From IMG/VR virus record IMGVR_UViG_3300016665_000337, positions 1 through 33,125 of that record: a stretch of 33,125 bases of DNA. The stretch is one strand, 5' to 3'. The DNA comes from a virus (taxonomy: Duplodnaviria > Caudoviricetes). The notes beneath the pieces are model-generated. The model was not told the origin of the DNA. It saw nothing but the letters and a program-made list of their open reading frames with translations, and made no database searches. Shown one piece after another: positions 32,922 through 33,125 of the stretch. The position numbers and the translations under genes are program-made. Each line of letters begins with the position of its first letter. Positions within the stretch are counted from its first letter, which is position 1.

Positions 32922-33125
32922 CGCGCACCCCCCATCTCGCGCGCACGCTCCCAGTCCGGCTTGGCGTTGGCTCGGAGCCACGCGGCTTGGGCGTCCCGTG
33001 CGGCGGCCCATGCGGCGTCCCGTGCGGCGGCCCCTGCGGCGTCCCGTGCGGCGGCCCCTGCGGCGTCCCGTGCGGCGGCCCATGCGGCGGCCCGTGCGGC
33101 GGCCCCTGCGGCGTCCCGTGCGGCG
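32918..33125 (-). CDS. 3' part of an Ala-rich repeat protein (AAW/G-AAARD repeats), truncated by the window edge
   Basis: Own translation: ...AAGAAARDAAWAAARDAQAAWLRANAKPDWERAREMGGAR*. Confidence 0.75.
   Translation of the reverse strand, partial: AARDAAGAAARAAAWAAARDAAGAAARDAAGAAARDAAWAAARDAQAAWLRANAKPDWERAREMGGAR
32990..33125. repeat. Coding tandem repeat with 12-nt units (24-nt higher-order period)
   Basis: (GCGTCCCGTGCGGCGGCCC[A/C]TGCG)n running to the window end. Confidence 0.9.

Noticed and set aside
1-32937. 20-nt match at 1-20 and 32918-32937 as a terminal repeat or attL/attR
   Set aside because: The second copy is 188 nt inside the end, upstream sequences differ, a third partial copy lies at 333, and no integrase is present; better explained as a junction linker.
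32990-33125. Possible CRISPR array
   Set aside because: Contiguous 12/24-nt units without unique spacers; in frame within an Ala-rich CDS.

Overview
GC-rich, near-complete genome segment of a tailed dsDNA phage (siphovirus-like). Every credible gene is on the minus strand, mostly coupled by ATGA/GTGA overlaps. Reading right to left: accessory genes, replication (initiator with internal iterons, DnaC-like loader, SSB), an array of small accessory genes with a MazG-like fusion and a DUF2829/Tad2-like gene, a DNA methyltransferase, lambda-like packaging and head genes (Nu1-like TerS, GpA-like TerL, gpW-like, portal, ClpP protease/scaffold, capsid), fibre and lysis-like genes, and a short-tail module. 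An early operon follows (RHH regulator, RecT, Cas4-like DUF2800 nuclease, MazG-like, second SSB-like, endonuclease, i-type lysozyme-like). I found no integrase, repressor, tRNA, CRISPR array or reverse transcriptase. The most notable unexplained structures are: (i) families of 15-23 nt repeated gene-junction linkers in the accessory arrays, one pair flanking the Tad2-like gene; (ii) a strand-specific multibranch RNA structure ahead of the replication initiator; (iii) a duplicated early promoter/operator/5'-hairpin module. Protein family calls come from motif recognition by eye, not from database searches.
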